Position numbers and translations under genes: made by a program. A model generated the notes under the pieces. The model made no database searches. It was not told the DNA's origin and was given only the letters and a program-made list of their open reading frames with translations. From Lama guanicoe (Eukaryota), in assembly GCA_013239625.1 (NCBI GenBank), contig MU054212.1:6360270-6424269 (forward strand): a stretch of DNA of 64,000 nt, in the 5' to 3' direction. Below, piece after piece: positions 52,448 through 64,000 of the stretch (position 1 is its first letter; every line of letters starts with the position of its first letter).

Positions 52448-53799
52448 AGCTGCCAAAAAGGACCTTAAAGTAATTATCATCGAAATAAGTGTTAAGCTTC
52501 TCAAATTGGGGGGCATGGTGTCCCCCAAGCAGAGCCTCAGGGTCAGAGGATGGAAAGAAAAGCAGCACCATGTCTTTGACTTCTGCCCCTCCCTGCCCCC
52601 CCACCATGAGTAAGGGTGGCTCATTTCAGTAAAGAGTCTTGGAGGGGTTGGGGTTGGGGGGTATATATTGTTTGGAAAAGGGCCCCAACTGATCCCTAGT
52701 CCCATCCTCCCCTCTGCTTTACACACAAGTGGGATATCTAATTGTGACCAAGTTTCATTGACTTTATTGAGCTGGCACTATTATTTGAAAAACTAAGAGG
52801 TTACATTACAACATTGCAGAGGATTCTTGCAATAGCTCTCTGGAGTAACTATATACCAGTATCCCTATTTGAGAGACAACAAAACTGAGGCTTGAAGGAT
52901 TGCCAGGCAGGTGACAGAATTCCAAAGCCAATTTTCTTCCCCCTGCAGTTACAACTTTTGTTGTTTAACATGAAAGAGTTGTAAAGAAGTGAAGTTGAGT
53001 TCTTCTCCCAAAAGAACATGGAGGAAGAAGGCAGAATTACGTGACAGTAAGAGCCTTGGTTCTGCCCCCAGCTGACATCAGATAAGCATGGAACTGGCTT
53101 GTCCATCAAGAACCCAAAGTGCAAAACCTTTTTGTTTGTAAAAGGAAGAAACTCTGATTGCTTAGGTAAATTCACTTCTGAGAGAATGAGCCTGAAAAGT
53201 CTCAAAGGAAAGTCTCAGAAGGTTTCTCCTCTCCAACTGAAGAGGGCTCAGTAGGTTTACAACCTGTGGGTTGGGTCTTACCCTGGGTCATTTCTGGACC
53301 AAAAGATATTGAGGAAGCAGTTAAAACGCTTTAGTTGCAAAGTTACAGAATGGCCAAGCTATCTTTAATAATATAATTTTTTTAACTCCAAAAGGTGAGG
53401 TTTTTTTTTGGTAAGACTATTCCTGGTGGGTGGTTGAGACAGTTGAGTGAGGGCAATGTTGGGTAGAGAATCATGGTATTCATTGTTTCTGATTATCTTT
53501 CTACTGTCTCTATCAGCCACCAACCCGTCAACCTCCATTCTCTCTCTCTCCCTCTCTCTGTTTCTCTCACTCAACCCCCCTCCCCACGACCTTTATTTAC
53601 ACTCAGGGAAAGTACTATGTATGGGAGCTCATCCCCCACCCCCCAACCAGGGGATTCCACTGTCAGGATCCTCCAATAGGGAAGGAGGTCCTCCAGGCCA
53701 GCATGGGTCCCCGTGCAGTTTCTGCACATCTGCTCTGTTCTCCTCTCTACTGGCTGGCCTCTGCTTACACCTTGCTCCCTACTCCTGATGATATCAGTC

Positions 53800-54040
53800 A
53801 TTTATTTGTTTATTCACTCATTTACTGAACATAAATAGCACTTACCAGTATGTAAGGCGATGTTTTAAAGGCCTTATAGAAATTAACTCCTTAAACCAAA
53901 ACACTCTGAGGTGGAAACTATCATCCTTTTATTTTTATTTTTTTGGATAAAGAAAAGGGGCCGCGGAGAAGTAACTTGCTTAAGCTCACACAGCTTCCAC
54001 ATGACTACGGTGGGCTTCTGGCACCTCTCCACGCCATGAT
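53800..54040 (-). mobile_element. MIR (with L2-like tail)
   Basis: ttcactcatttactgaac...agtaacttgcttaagctcacacagc. Confidence 0.55.
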
Positions 54041-54662
54041 ATTTCAGCTTCAGATCCCAGGACTGTTGCTGTCTCCTAGTTCAAACCGTCCAGAGTGAAT
54101 TAACCAACCAGCCACACATAATACTGTAAATAGCACATTGTCTGTATTCTTGTCATCATTACTCATCATTTGCACAAGAACAGTCAAGAGATAAAAAGAT
54201 GAGCCCCAGTGATGGTGATGAAGTTAAGAGATCTGGGCTTTTGATTTTGTTTCCTCCTCTAGCAGGACCACACTGTATTTTGATTCTATAATAGCGTCTC
54301 CAAAATTAGGCTTCATCTTACAGTCACTGCTGGCTTGGTGGTGGCCGTGATGTATCCTCGTGTCCTGGGCACACCCGTGAGAACTTGTAGTTTGGAAGAA
54401 AACCCTGGAGACAAATGGTAGAGCATTTCTAGGAAGTGCTGTCTCAACAATGCTCTTGACCGCACAGAGGACCATATTGTGTGGAAAAGTAAGGACATCT
54501 ATGGCTGAGTGGGAACACGACGCAGAGGAGTTCCACTCGGAATGTAAAGACGACTGAGAAATACCTTCATTTGTTTCACATATACTTTCTTGTTTCCATG
54601 GCCCAACAATGAAACTCTATTCTAAGGAAGTCTCAAAGAGCTTATTTAACAAGTAGAAAATA

Positions 54663-54731
54663 CATGACTGAAACACTATGCTGTATAGCAGAAACTGACA
54701 CACTGGAACTGTCTATAATTCAACTTGAAGA
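54663..54731 (+). mobile_element. Very short (~69 bp) L1 3' tip
   Basis: catgactgaaacactatgctgtatagcagaaactgacacac; TSD aagtagaaaata at 54651-54662 and 54732-54743. Confidence 0.8.
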
Positions 54732-54805
54732 AAGTAGAAAATAAAATTTTAGGTGATAAAAAGCATGGTTACAGTTTATTTGGCATCCATTTCCTTTCTT
54801 AGAGG

Positions 54806-54878
54806 ATATATATTATATATTATATATGTATATAATATATATAATACACATACATACACACACACTTATGCATATATA
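54806..54878. repeat. TA/CA low-complexity repeat
   Basis: Directly visible. Confidence 0.8.
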
Positions 54879-55129
54879 AAATAATAGTGCCTTTGACAAT
54901 GGATAATTTTGTAAGATTCCATAAAACACAGAACTGTAATCGTAATTAGCAGAAGCTGCCTCAGAGACTTAAGAAAGGTTAGGAACCCCAGTTCCTACAG
55001 TTTCTTTGAAAGGGAAAAAGATCCTTTGAGGAAGACTGGAGGTGCAGAAGCAAGTTCTCAGTTAATATGTATTTAAATACATGGAAACAGTATCTACTGC
55101 AACTAATATTAAAAAATATTTTTCCTGAA

Positions 55130-55353
55130 GTTTACAAAAGAATCTGGGCTCTCGCAGCCCAACTGCACGGACAACCTTGATTTACCATCCTTTGCAAGAT
55201 GAGGATAACAGAGTTTAACTCCGTGCGGCTGCTGTGAGGATTAAATCATCCACTAGAGAAAAGCACACCACTTGGTACAGAGTAAACACTCAATCAGTGA
55301 TAGCCAATCAAGGAAATACAGCTTTTCAAAAAAAAAAAAAAAAAAAAAAAAAA
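55130..55353 (+). mobile_element. MIR followed by an A26 tract (55328-55353)
   Basis: gctgtgaggattaaatca...cacttggtacagagtaaacactcaat. Confidence 0.6.
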
Positions 55354-57116
55354 GGAAGAAGCAGATGAGGAAAGCTGTTACCTTGACCTGGGCTCCTTCT
55401 GGGTCATGTTCTCTATTGAATGACTGCTCCCCCAAGCACAGGCAATTTTTTCAACAGACAGAGGCCTTCCCTTATTTCCAGAAACAAAAGCACCCTCCAC
55501 TGCAGTTTTATTTCTCCGTCTCTGTAATCAGATCCAAATCTGAAAGGGTTCCTTCTTCGGACATAAGCCAACCCACATGGCAATCTCTCCATACACAGCC
55601 CACCCTCCCAACCCCGCACAGAAGGGAAAGTGCTCAGAGAGTCGTCCCGAGAGACAATGTACCAATATTTTTGCTTGCATTCCAAAACACAGCAAACTTC
55701 CTGTCCCCGCTGCAGCCTACCAAGCTCCTTGCAAAGGTCACTGTGACAGCCCTGGAAGCAGTTCACAAACTCGCCCCAGAGGGCAACCCCAGGAGGCTGA
55801 ACCCTGTTTCTGTCCACTTTCATGGCAGGTGCAAACTAATTTCTTTTTGCAGAAGAAACCCCTCTGAAGCGGCTGCGAGTGGCTTTGCCAAATACTGAAC
55901 TAAATTACTGAACTGCTACATGAAAACCATTATTGATCTATTGTTTAAAAATAAAAATCAGTACTGAAATTTTATTGTTCTATTTAATACTGCTAAGTAA
56001 ACTATTTTACAGTTTTCTATAATGCCCAGTATCCTTTACATCCCAACAATGACAATATTTAACAGATAATTTTCAGTTTTTATATTCATCACTGCAAAGT
56101 ATGAAACTAAGGTCTTTATGACAAAATGATTTTTTTAACAACCTGAAAAGCTAAATATATCAAAATAATAACTAAAGAACAGAAACCAATTTATCTGAAT
56201 TCAGAATAAAAATCCCATTTCAGCTTTTTAATCAATGTATGATATTTCAGGGTAGTTGAAGCTCTTTGAATTACATGGTACATTTTAAGTGAGATTAACA
56301 CCCTTGAATTTAAACATAGTATTTACAAAAAGAGCATTATCACTGCATGCTGAACTAAGCATAGTAAAGACCTAAAAACAAAATCATGCTTTAATGAAAA
56401 ATAAAAATAATAAATGACTTTACAAGAAAACTTTGTAGCATATTATTGGAAGAGCAGAATAAACCGTGAAGTTGCCCAAACTCCACTTTTGGTATGGAAG
56501 TAAATTTTTAGCACTTACAGCATATGGGATATGGTAGTTTCCAAATCACCTGTATGTCTTAAGCTTTTTTGCTTTCTACTCAGTAGCTTTGTTCATTGTG
56601 CAGATAAGAGGCTGACGGGAAGAGAGATGCTTTCATTGAAAGATCCCAAACAAATGTTCTCAGAAAATGAAGATATTGTTCTAGAACAGAGACCAACTGT
56701 TCAGGTTAACAGAGCAAGAGTCTTCAGTACTACACTGGCTTGTATTTGCTACTGTAAAAGAGAACATGTGTTTCTTCAGCTCACAATAGTATTAGGTTAA
56801 AAAAAGTTGAAATTAATCACTGTATGTCAGTAAGTAGATTTCCCCCAAATGACTAAACATAAGACACAGAAGAGTGAAAACTGGTGTTTTTCTTAAAACT
56901 TTTCATGTAATTTCATGTGGATTGAAACACCAGGAATACTTTAAAGATAAAACAGCTGGGAAACACAGATAAGCCACCATTTAGAAGTAATCTATAAAAA
57001 AAATCAACTAAAAATGGATCAACTCAAAAGACCCAAATGTAAGAGCTAAAATTATAAAACCCTAACAAGAACAGATAGGGGTATATCTTTGTACCCTTGG
57101 ATTAAGCAATGGTTTC

Positions 57117-57298
57117 TTTTCTTTTCTTTTTTTAACTGAAGTATAGCTGATTTGCAATGTTGTGTTGTGTAATTAATTTCTAATATACAGCATAGTGATT
57201 CAATTGTACGTATATATATTCTTTTCCATTATAGGTTATTATAAGATATTGAATATTGTGCTATGCAGTAGGACCTTGTGGTTTATCTATTTTATTTA
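57117..57298 (-). mobile_element. Young L1 3' tip nested in L1MB
   Basis: T-rich end + aactgaagtatagctgatttgcaatgttgtg...gcagtaggaccttg. Confidence 0.8.
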
Positions 57299-57613
57299 TA
57301 TGTCCACCAACTGATGAATGGATAAAAGTGATAGATCCACACAGTGGACTACTATTCAGTCATAATAAGGACTGCAGTCCTGACACATGATACAACATGG
57401 ATGAACTTCAAAAACATGAAGCTATGTGAAGAAGCCAGACACAAAGGGCCACATACTGTGTGATTCCATGTATACAAATGTCTAGGACAGACAAAACTGT
57501 ACAGACAGAAAGTAGACTGGTTGTTCCCAGAAGCCTGGGAGAGGATGGGGTGAGAAGTGACTGCTACTGGGTACGAGGTTTCTCTGGGTGGTGATAAAAA
57601 TAATGGTGATAGT

Positions 57614-58112
57614 AAAAATTATATTTATACAATGGAATACTATTCAGCCATTAAAAAGAATAAAATGCCATTTGCAGCAACATGGAGGGACCAGGACAAT
57701 GTCATTATAAGTGAAATAAGCCAGAAAGAGAAAGAAAAACATCATATGATATCACTTGTATGTGGAATCTAAAAGAAAAAAAAACCCAACAAACGAACTT
57801 ACTTACAAAACAGGAACAGACTCACAGACATAGAAAACAAACTTATGGTTTCTGGAGTGGGCAGGGGAAGGAGGGGGAGGGATAAATGGGGAGATGGAGA
57901 TTTGCAGATACTAGCTACTATATATAAAATAAACTACAAGTTTATACTGTATAGCACATGGAACTATAGCAGTATCTTGTAGTAACTTACGGTTAAAAAG
58001 AGTATGAAAACGAATATATGTATGTTACTATATGATGGAAGTATTGTGCTGTACACAAGAATTGACACAACATTGCAAACTGACTATACTTCAATAAAAA
58101 TATATATACAAA
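57614..58112 (+). mobile_element. Young 5'-truncated L1 nested in L1MB
   Basis: YTMEYYSAIKKNKMPFAATW ORF2 tail + 3' UTR; 18-bp TSD with 3 mismatches at 57596-57613 and 58113-58130. Confidence 0.88.
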
Positions 58113-59278
58113 AAAAATAGTAGTGACAGTTATACAACTTCGTGAATATACCAAAGACCATGGATTTGTACACTTTAAAAGAGTGTATTTGATGGTTTGT
58201 GAATCATTCCTTAATAAGGCTGTTAGTTAATGTTTTTAAAAAGGCTGTGCAAATAGCGTGGGGCTCAGAGGTAGGGGGTCTCAAGTCCTGCTCTGCTATG
58301 TCCCCAGGCTTGTTAAAGGCTAGTGGCTCTCTGAGCCTTACTTTCTACGTATGTCAGCTGCTTGGCCTGGGCTAAGACTGAAGGCCCTCTCTGGCTTCAA
58401 AAAGGAAACAGTAAAAGCAGATGAACCAAGCTGCCCTGGGACCCTCCTCAACCACCCAAGAGTGCCAGGTCCCACCCCAATTCTTTCCACCCGGCTGTGA
58501 TGAATTAAGCTAGCACTAGCAAGGGGAAAATGCCCTATATTCCTTTTCCTAGGTGGACTGGTTCAATAAAGTCTATATTGAATGCATATGTTCTTATAGC
58601 ACAGACATTTAAAGTGTGTAACTGTCAAAGATTAACAGAAGGTCACATTGGGCAAGAGGTGTTTGAGAGGTAAAGGAAAATAGACCAGCCCTCTTTTACT
58701 AGCTAATTCCTACTTGTCCTTCAAGGTTTAGCACAGGAAAGACGTCCTCCTGGAAGTGTGTTCTGCCTCCCCTTCCAGCCATCAGTCTGCACCCATTGCC
58801 TGTATGTGGCCCCAGAACACCTGCGCCCAGGGATAGGAGCAAACAATGGCCTGGGCGACATCTCCAGCTGATGTCCCTTGAGCAACTCAAGCTCAGCTCA
58901 TCCAGCCCCTGACCTCATCACCTAGTCCCTCCACTCCGCACCCCACGCCTGCTCACTTATCCCTCATTCTGGAGAAAGGCGTCATCCTCTAGAGAGACTA
59001 ACGGATGCAGGTGGGAAAACCTACACTCAGCAGTAAAAAGGGTGAATTATAGAATTTTAAAAAAAGATGAAGCTTTCACTCAGGATCATACAGACATAAA
59101 GGCCAAAGAACTGTTACAGATCTTTCTGAGCATCCTTTGGGAACAGAAAAGAGTTTGTCACCTATGAGCTATGTGTGAGATAGTTCATCAGACATGCCTA
59201 GCAGCAGTCTCCTCTTCAGATGGAGGTATATGTTCCCCCAAGCACCACTCATATTATTAGGAAGAGAGGAAGAAAAAA

Positions 59279-59334
59279 GGAAGGAAGGAAGGAAGGAAGG
59301 AAGGAAGGAAGGAAGGAAGGAAGGAAGGAAGGAA
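59279..59334. repeat. (GGAA)14 microsatellite
   Basis: Directly visible. Confidence 0.95.
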
Positions 59335-62205
59335 GAAGGAAGAAGGAACAGTATAGTCTTGTCAAAATTATTGCATATGGTAATATTTAGAATTCATGAA
59401 TAATTTCTTGCTTTTGAATACAAACCAGAAATCTTCTAATGAAAGATGACTAAGTCAGGCTGAATGGCTGAAGCTAAAGACTCTTCAGTTTAAATTGCCA
59501 AAGTTCTATGTATAAATATGTTTAGTTTGCTTTGTAGGATTCTAATGCACAATTAATCATTTTACTACAGCATAACAAATTATTTCCACTTTCTAAAAAT
59601 AGTTTAAAACCCCTACAGTAAATCCCAAATATTGAATTAGCATATATAATAATCCCGGAATCAAATGATATGGTCTTAAACTAGATTCATTTTTTTCTAG
59701 CAACGAAATGTAAGATCACAGTAGCATGATAGAAATTACTCTTGCAAATTATCATTTCAGTTGCAAAACCATGTTATCCCAGGAAATGTAACGCTGAGGT
59801 AAAATGCACGTTGCTCATCAAAAGAATTGCTCTAAATTTTAAATGATGCTCTGCCACAAGGGTACCACCGCCTTCAAATTAATTGAAATAACAGACGGGG
59901 ACTCTGAAACAATGATACACGGAGCTGTGCAGTAGACATCTCTGATGATACAAATACAGTATGAGTTATTCCTTTTAAATGCAGAGTGTTGATTCCTGAT
60001 GCACAGTAAACAGTCACCTAAATATTCTATCGATTTTTCAAACAGCAACTTCCCCATCTATGTATGTATAAGATATATATGAATAAAATTGTTCATCATT
60101 ATTATAAAATTCAAGGTTACCTACTGTAACAAAAATTTCATTTTTTTGTAAACCAAAAGAATCATGCTGTTTATTTTCACGTTATTTCATATAATCACCA
60201 CACACCACAAGGCTGGGGGTGGGGGTATTTTCTTCACTTCAGCTATAAATAGGATGTCCATATAATTCATTGTCCAAACCAGAGCACTTCAGAGAGTGAA
60301 AGAGGGCACGATTAATAATTACTCTGGGATAGGAGATGCAAACTGGGACTATCTTGGGCGAACTGGGATTTTCCACATAGGAAATAGATTCAATTCCTCG
60401 ATCTCCCAAATTCACACGCAGGGTCGAGAGGGAACTGGGGTTGAGATCCATGTCTGACTGGGAACCCAAAGAATAACAATTTCAAAAGCAAAAATAAAAA
60501 GAAACAAACAAACCAAAAAGCCCACAAAAATCAGGAGGAATTCAACGAATGGAGCAGCGCTGCTTCTCCACTTTGTACACTGCTACAATCACGAGCTCAT
60601 CTGTATGGCTTGTATGAGACTTCCCGACTATTACTGCTCCCACCAACACTCTCCCAAATCCCCTTGCAATTCCTATAATTAAGCTACGTAAGGACACGTG
60701 GGAGTTAAATTTTCAAGACACTGGGAAGATGAAACTCTGTGAACTGTTGAATGAAAACAGAAAAATCTAGCCCTGGTGAGTGTGACCAAGCACATTCTCC
60801 CAACAATTGCTGGGCATCCGTATCTTATTAAGGGATGTTTACCGTATACATCATCCCAGTGGGCTCAACTGCCACAAGCCATCAATGGCCCTGATTGTAC
60901 TGGACCCACAGAGCACTGAGTACATGCAACTTTGCTGCTGTAAAAACTATATATGCTGCCCCTATTAGAAGCATGCGCAAACAGCAGTCACAACTGGTTC
61001 ATACAGATTAACAGCATCCATCAGCATCTAATTTACATTCAGTAGGAAGCTATGAGTGGGTTTCTGATAATTCATTTACATTTACTACACAAATCACTCC
61101 TCCACGTTTTAAGCCAAAGAATCTCTGAATATGTATTATCAAATTTAAGACAATTTTTTTTTTCTGGTTGGAATTTAATATTTATAGTTCTAATAAGGAA
61201 TCAGCTAACTGAGTTGTATTCAACTACATTCTCAATTCAACTAATACTCAATTTTCAAAATTCACGTTTGCATATTTAAAAGCTTATCATACAAGCCAAA
61301 TACATTTCTAAGTCATAGCCCTACTGGTATTATGATATACATTCCTTTTAATATCATAAAATTTTTTCCTTGGCTTTATAGAAAAGCAAGCGTTTTAGAA
61401 AGAGGAAACAAACACATTAATGTAACTTTTTCTTTTCTTATCATATTCCATCAATGCAGTGGTGAAGTCTAGAAAGCCGTATTTGCTTTACAGGAAAGCA
61501 ATAAACGATTAATAATACCTCTCTAGATTGGTAGAGATTCAGTTCTCTTTCTCAAACAATCCAAATCTACTGGAATAATTGTAAAAATTTATATAATGCT
61601 AGTACGAAAAGATAAAGTACAAAGTTTTAAATTTCTTCTGGGCAGGCGCTTTCTTGTTTGTTCTTTCCATTTGCTTTATCCAACAAAGGCATGTTCCACA
61701 ACTGCAGTGTTTATTTCTGTAGGCAATTTTTAGTGACACTAATGGAAAGAGGCACTATGGGTAATCCAAGAGACACACAATTTAGATTCTGTGTTGTTGA
61801 AATTCATTATGTGTGATTACTGAGGTGGTTTTGCTTTCCTGCGTCTATGCTATGTGGTGTGACACTAAATAATTTAATTTGTATTGACTAAGTATACTCT
61901 GGGAAGGCACTGGAGAACCCAGCCTAGGACGAAAATTAAGCCATTTCAGCAAGAGATAAGGATACAAATAATCAACAGTCGCTCTACTGCATTTCTAAAG
62001 AAAGTTATTCGGAGATCTCTCTTGCCCGTTTTCAGAGTTCTCTACCACTGATTAAACACACTGTTAAATCTGAGTGTACACGAGACGGGTCTGTATGCAT
62101 GAGTTAGTTTTGCAGATTCTGTAGACTTCTATCTCTACTTCCATCTACGTAAGTAAACAACATGGATGTCAAAGGAAACTGGGTTAAGAACAGGAGGCTT
62201 AGGGC

Positions 62206-62408
62206 AAGGGTTGCCAAGTGTCAGAAAGTAAAAATTGTTGGCTTTGTGGGCTACACCATCTGTGGCCCGATGACTCAACTCTGCTAATTTCATGTGCAGA
62301 AGCAGCCAGAGACAACATGTGAATAAAGGGTGTGGCTGTTGTCTGGTGAAACTTCATTCACTAAACAGGCAGCCAAGCCAGACCTGGTCCCCGGGCCACA
62401 GTTTGCTT
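62206..62408. mobile_element. MER58A-like hAT-Charlie MITE
   Basis: ggctttgtgggctacac...actcaactctgc...gcagccagagacaacatgt...gggtgtggctgtt...gggccacagtttgc. Confidence 0.75.
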
Positions 62409-63113
62409 AGGTAAACTCAGTGCTCTTCGGTGGGGGAACTCAAGTAAAGCAAAATCCAATTTGTGTGATGGTACGTAGTTACATTTCTGAGAAATCTTCT
62501 TTACCACTTCCCACCCCAGGGCACTGCCACCTCCCTTTCTCCCACCGGGATAAAATCCCAGTGTTGTCTACTCAATCGATGGTTTTAAAATACACCAATA
62601 AACTGCAATGAGGGGGGCAGACTTTCCACTCTTAACACCATCATGACTGTTCTCCGCTCCATGGCTATTTGCCCAGAGTGGGGCAGTGTCCGCAAACTGT
62701 GCAGGGACAGGACACACTCATTCGTTCTGAGTCCTTGGCTTCAGGCGACAGGTGCTCACGTAACAAACGATCTGAAATTATGTGGAAAACTTTGTGTATA
62801 CGCACGTCTATTTGCAGTTTTCATCAGATCTCCAAAAAGTTAAGGGAGAATAGCTGCTGAAGTTGTTCTACTCAATGCACAAAATACTTCCCAGGACTGA
62901 TGCACGTAGTGGGGAGGGGATTATCTGTTAGTGCTGGAGTCTAACCGTCACCATAGGCCCTGATGCTATCTCTTGTGTTCTTTCTTGTCACTTCTGATGG
63001 CACCAACCTACTTGCTTCTGCTTGGTTTCCAAAGCACTTGCTATGTCACACTGTAATCATAAAATACACTATTCCTCAGGTAAGGAAAGGGATCTGACTA
63101 CAAGTGTGGACTT

Positions 63114-63538
63114 TGTGAAGAGTAGGACCCTATGGCGCCTTCCAGGGGACAGACCCTTCCCACGTAACCTCTCTCTAGCTCCTCTCTGAAGTACCCAGAT
63201 AACAGTACCTCATGCATATTTACTGTTTTTTTCAGATGCTAAACCCATCTCCAAGTGGAAGAAATTAACTACTTGATAGCCCCTAGACCTCCTAAGGGTT
63301 GATCACCATCAGCCAATCAGAGAATTGTGCACAGCTGATCACAGACCCTGGGCGGCCCCTCCCACACTTGGCCTTTCAAAATGCTCAGCTGAAACCCTTT
63401 GGGGAGTTCCGGGTTTTCTGGGCGTGAGTTGCGCGTTCTCCTTGCTCGGTCCTGCAATAAAACTTTCTCTGCTCCAGCTCTTGATGTTTTGGTATTTTTT
63501 GGCCTCTGTGTCAGGCACGTGAACTTACGTTCGATACT
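63114..63538 (+). mobile_element. ERV (class I-like) 5' LTR
   Basis: TG start; CCAAT (agccaatcagag ~63311); TATA-like cctttcaaaatg ~63373; AATAAA ~63456; followed by a PBS-like sequence. Confidence 0.8.
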
Positions 63539-64000
63539 AATTTTCGCACTGCCAGCTTAGAAGTCTGTGCCTGTGGCAGGCCAACGCTGGCCAGGGACAG
63601 CCCTTTTCCTGGGTCCCCGGGAGCTGCCGGAGCACATTGCACTCTGGGGGGACCGGGAGGGACTCTCCCTGACCGGCATCGGCCGCCCAGGGAAGGAGGC
63701 TGTTTGGAGCCGAGAAACGACTGAAGCTGTGGTCCACATTCGGTGTCGCCTGGAGGTACGTGGCTCCAGCTTGTTTAGGCTGGGGATTCTCTCCGCTCCT
63801 TCTGGGCTCATTCCCTTCTGGGAAGTGAGCCGCTCTGGGCTCACTGCTAGCCACTCTGGGTCCATTCTCTTTCGAGAGCTGGGCCCATCTGTTTGGAGGC
63901 TTCTGTCGGAGAGTGAAATTGAAATTTTTAACATCTCCTCCTCCAACTGCCTTCTCTGCCACTGTAGCTTATTTGTTGTTCGTGTTTCTGTGTGTATCAT
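63539..64000 (+). mobile_element. ERV internal 5' leader with degenerate tRNA-Arg primer-binding site, truncated by the window edge
   Basis: tcgcactgccagcttagaag (63544-63563) resembles TGGCGAGCCAGCCAGGAG (complement of the tRNA-Arg(ACG) 3' end); CpG-rich leader follows. Confidence 0.65.

Larger units (their letters stand above)
56990..58225 (+). mobile_element. L1MB-type ORF2/3' end host element with two nested younger L1s
   Basis: aaaatggatca...aaatgtaagagctaaaattataaaac; tgtccaccaactgatgaatggataa...gaagccagacacaaagggccacatactg; ttgtacactttaaaagagtg...aataaggctgtt. Confidence 0.8.

Noticed and set aside
52325..52726. ORFs with CV/HT/YI repeats (also 8229-8411 and 59194-59403)
   Set aside because: Translations of microsatellites
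55272..55898. Longest ORF (208 aa, +) with an overlapping minus ORF
   Set aside because: Non-ATG start inside a MIR, poly-Lys derived from an A26 tract, no recognisable domain, antisense to the host gene
63068..63086. ctattcctcAG|GTAAGG recursive-site motif
   Set aside because: On the strand opposite GAREM1; kept only as evidence that such motifs arise by chance
63537..64000. 141- and 147-aa minus-strand ORFs
   Set aside because: Antisense to a GC-rich ERV leader, where stops are scarce; no gag or other homology recognised

Overview
Mammalian genomic DNA, almost certainly camelid (camel/alpaca/llama), judged from four Vic-1-like tRNA-derived SINEs. The whole window lies inside GAREM1 (FAM59A) on the minus strand. 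The only protein-coding sequence I can support is one 141-bp exon (27424-27564, exon 2, CABIT-domain region), recognised from recall of the human protein. It is flanked by intron 2 (1-27423) and intron 1 (27565-64000). The introns hold young 5'-truncated L1s with target-site duplications (TSDs), older L1M/L2/CR1/MIR fossils, MaLR solo LTRs, Tigger1/MER DNA transposons and microsatellites. The 5' end of an ERV provirus (LTR, degenerate tRNA-Arg primer-binding site, leader) runs off the right edge. None of the listed six-frame ORFs is a credible gene, apart from decayed L1 ORF2 fragments. I cannot demonstrate a new biological system. The best leads are a 68-nt pre-miRNA-sized hairpin at 18339-18406, recursive-splice-site-like motifs at about 43326 and 10158, the intronic ERV, and several cryptic-exon architectures. 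Repeat family names come from recalled consensus similarity, and boundaries of old repeats are approximate.
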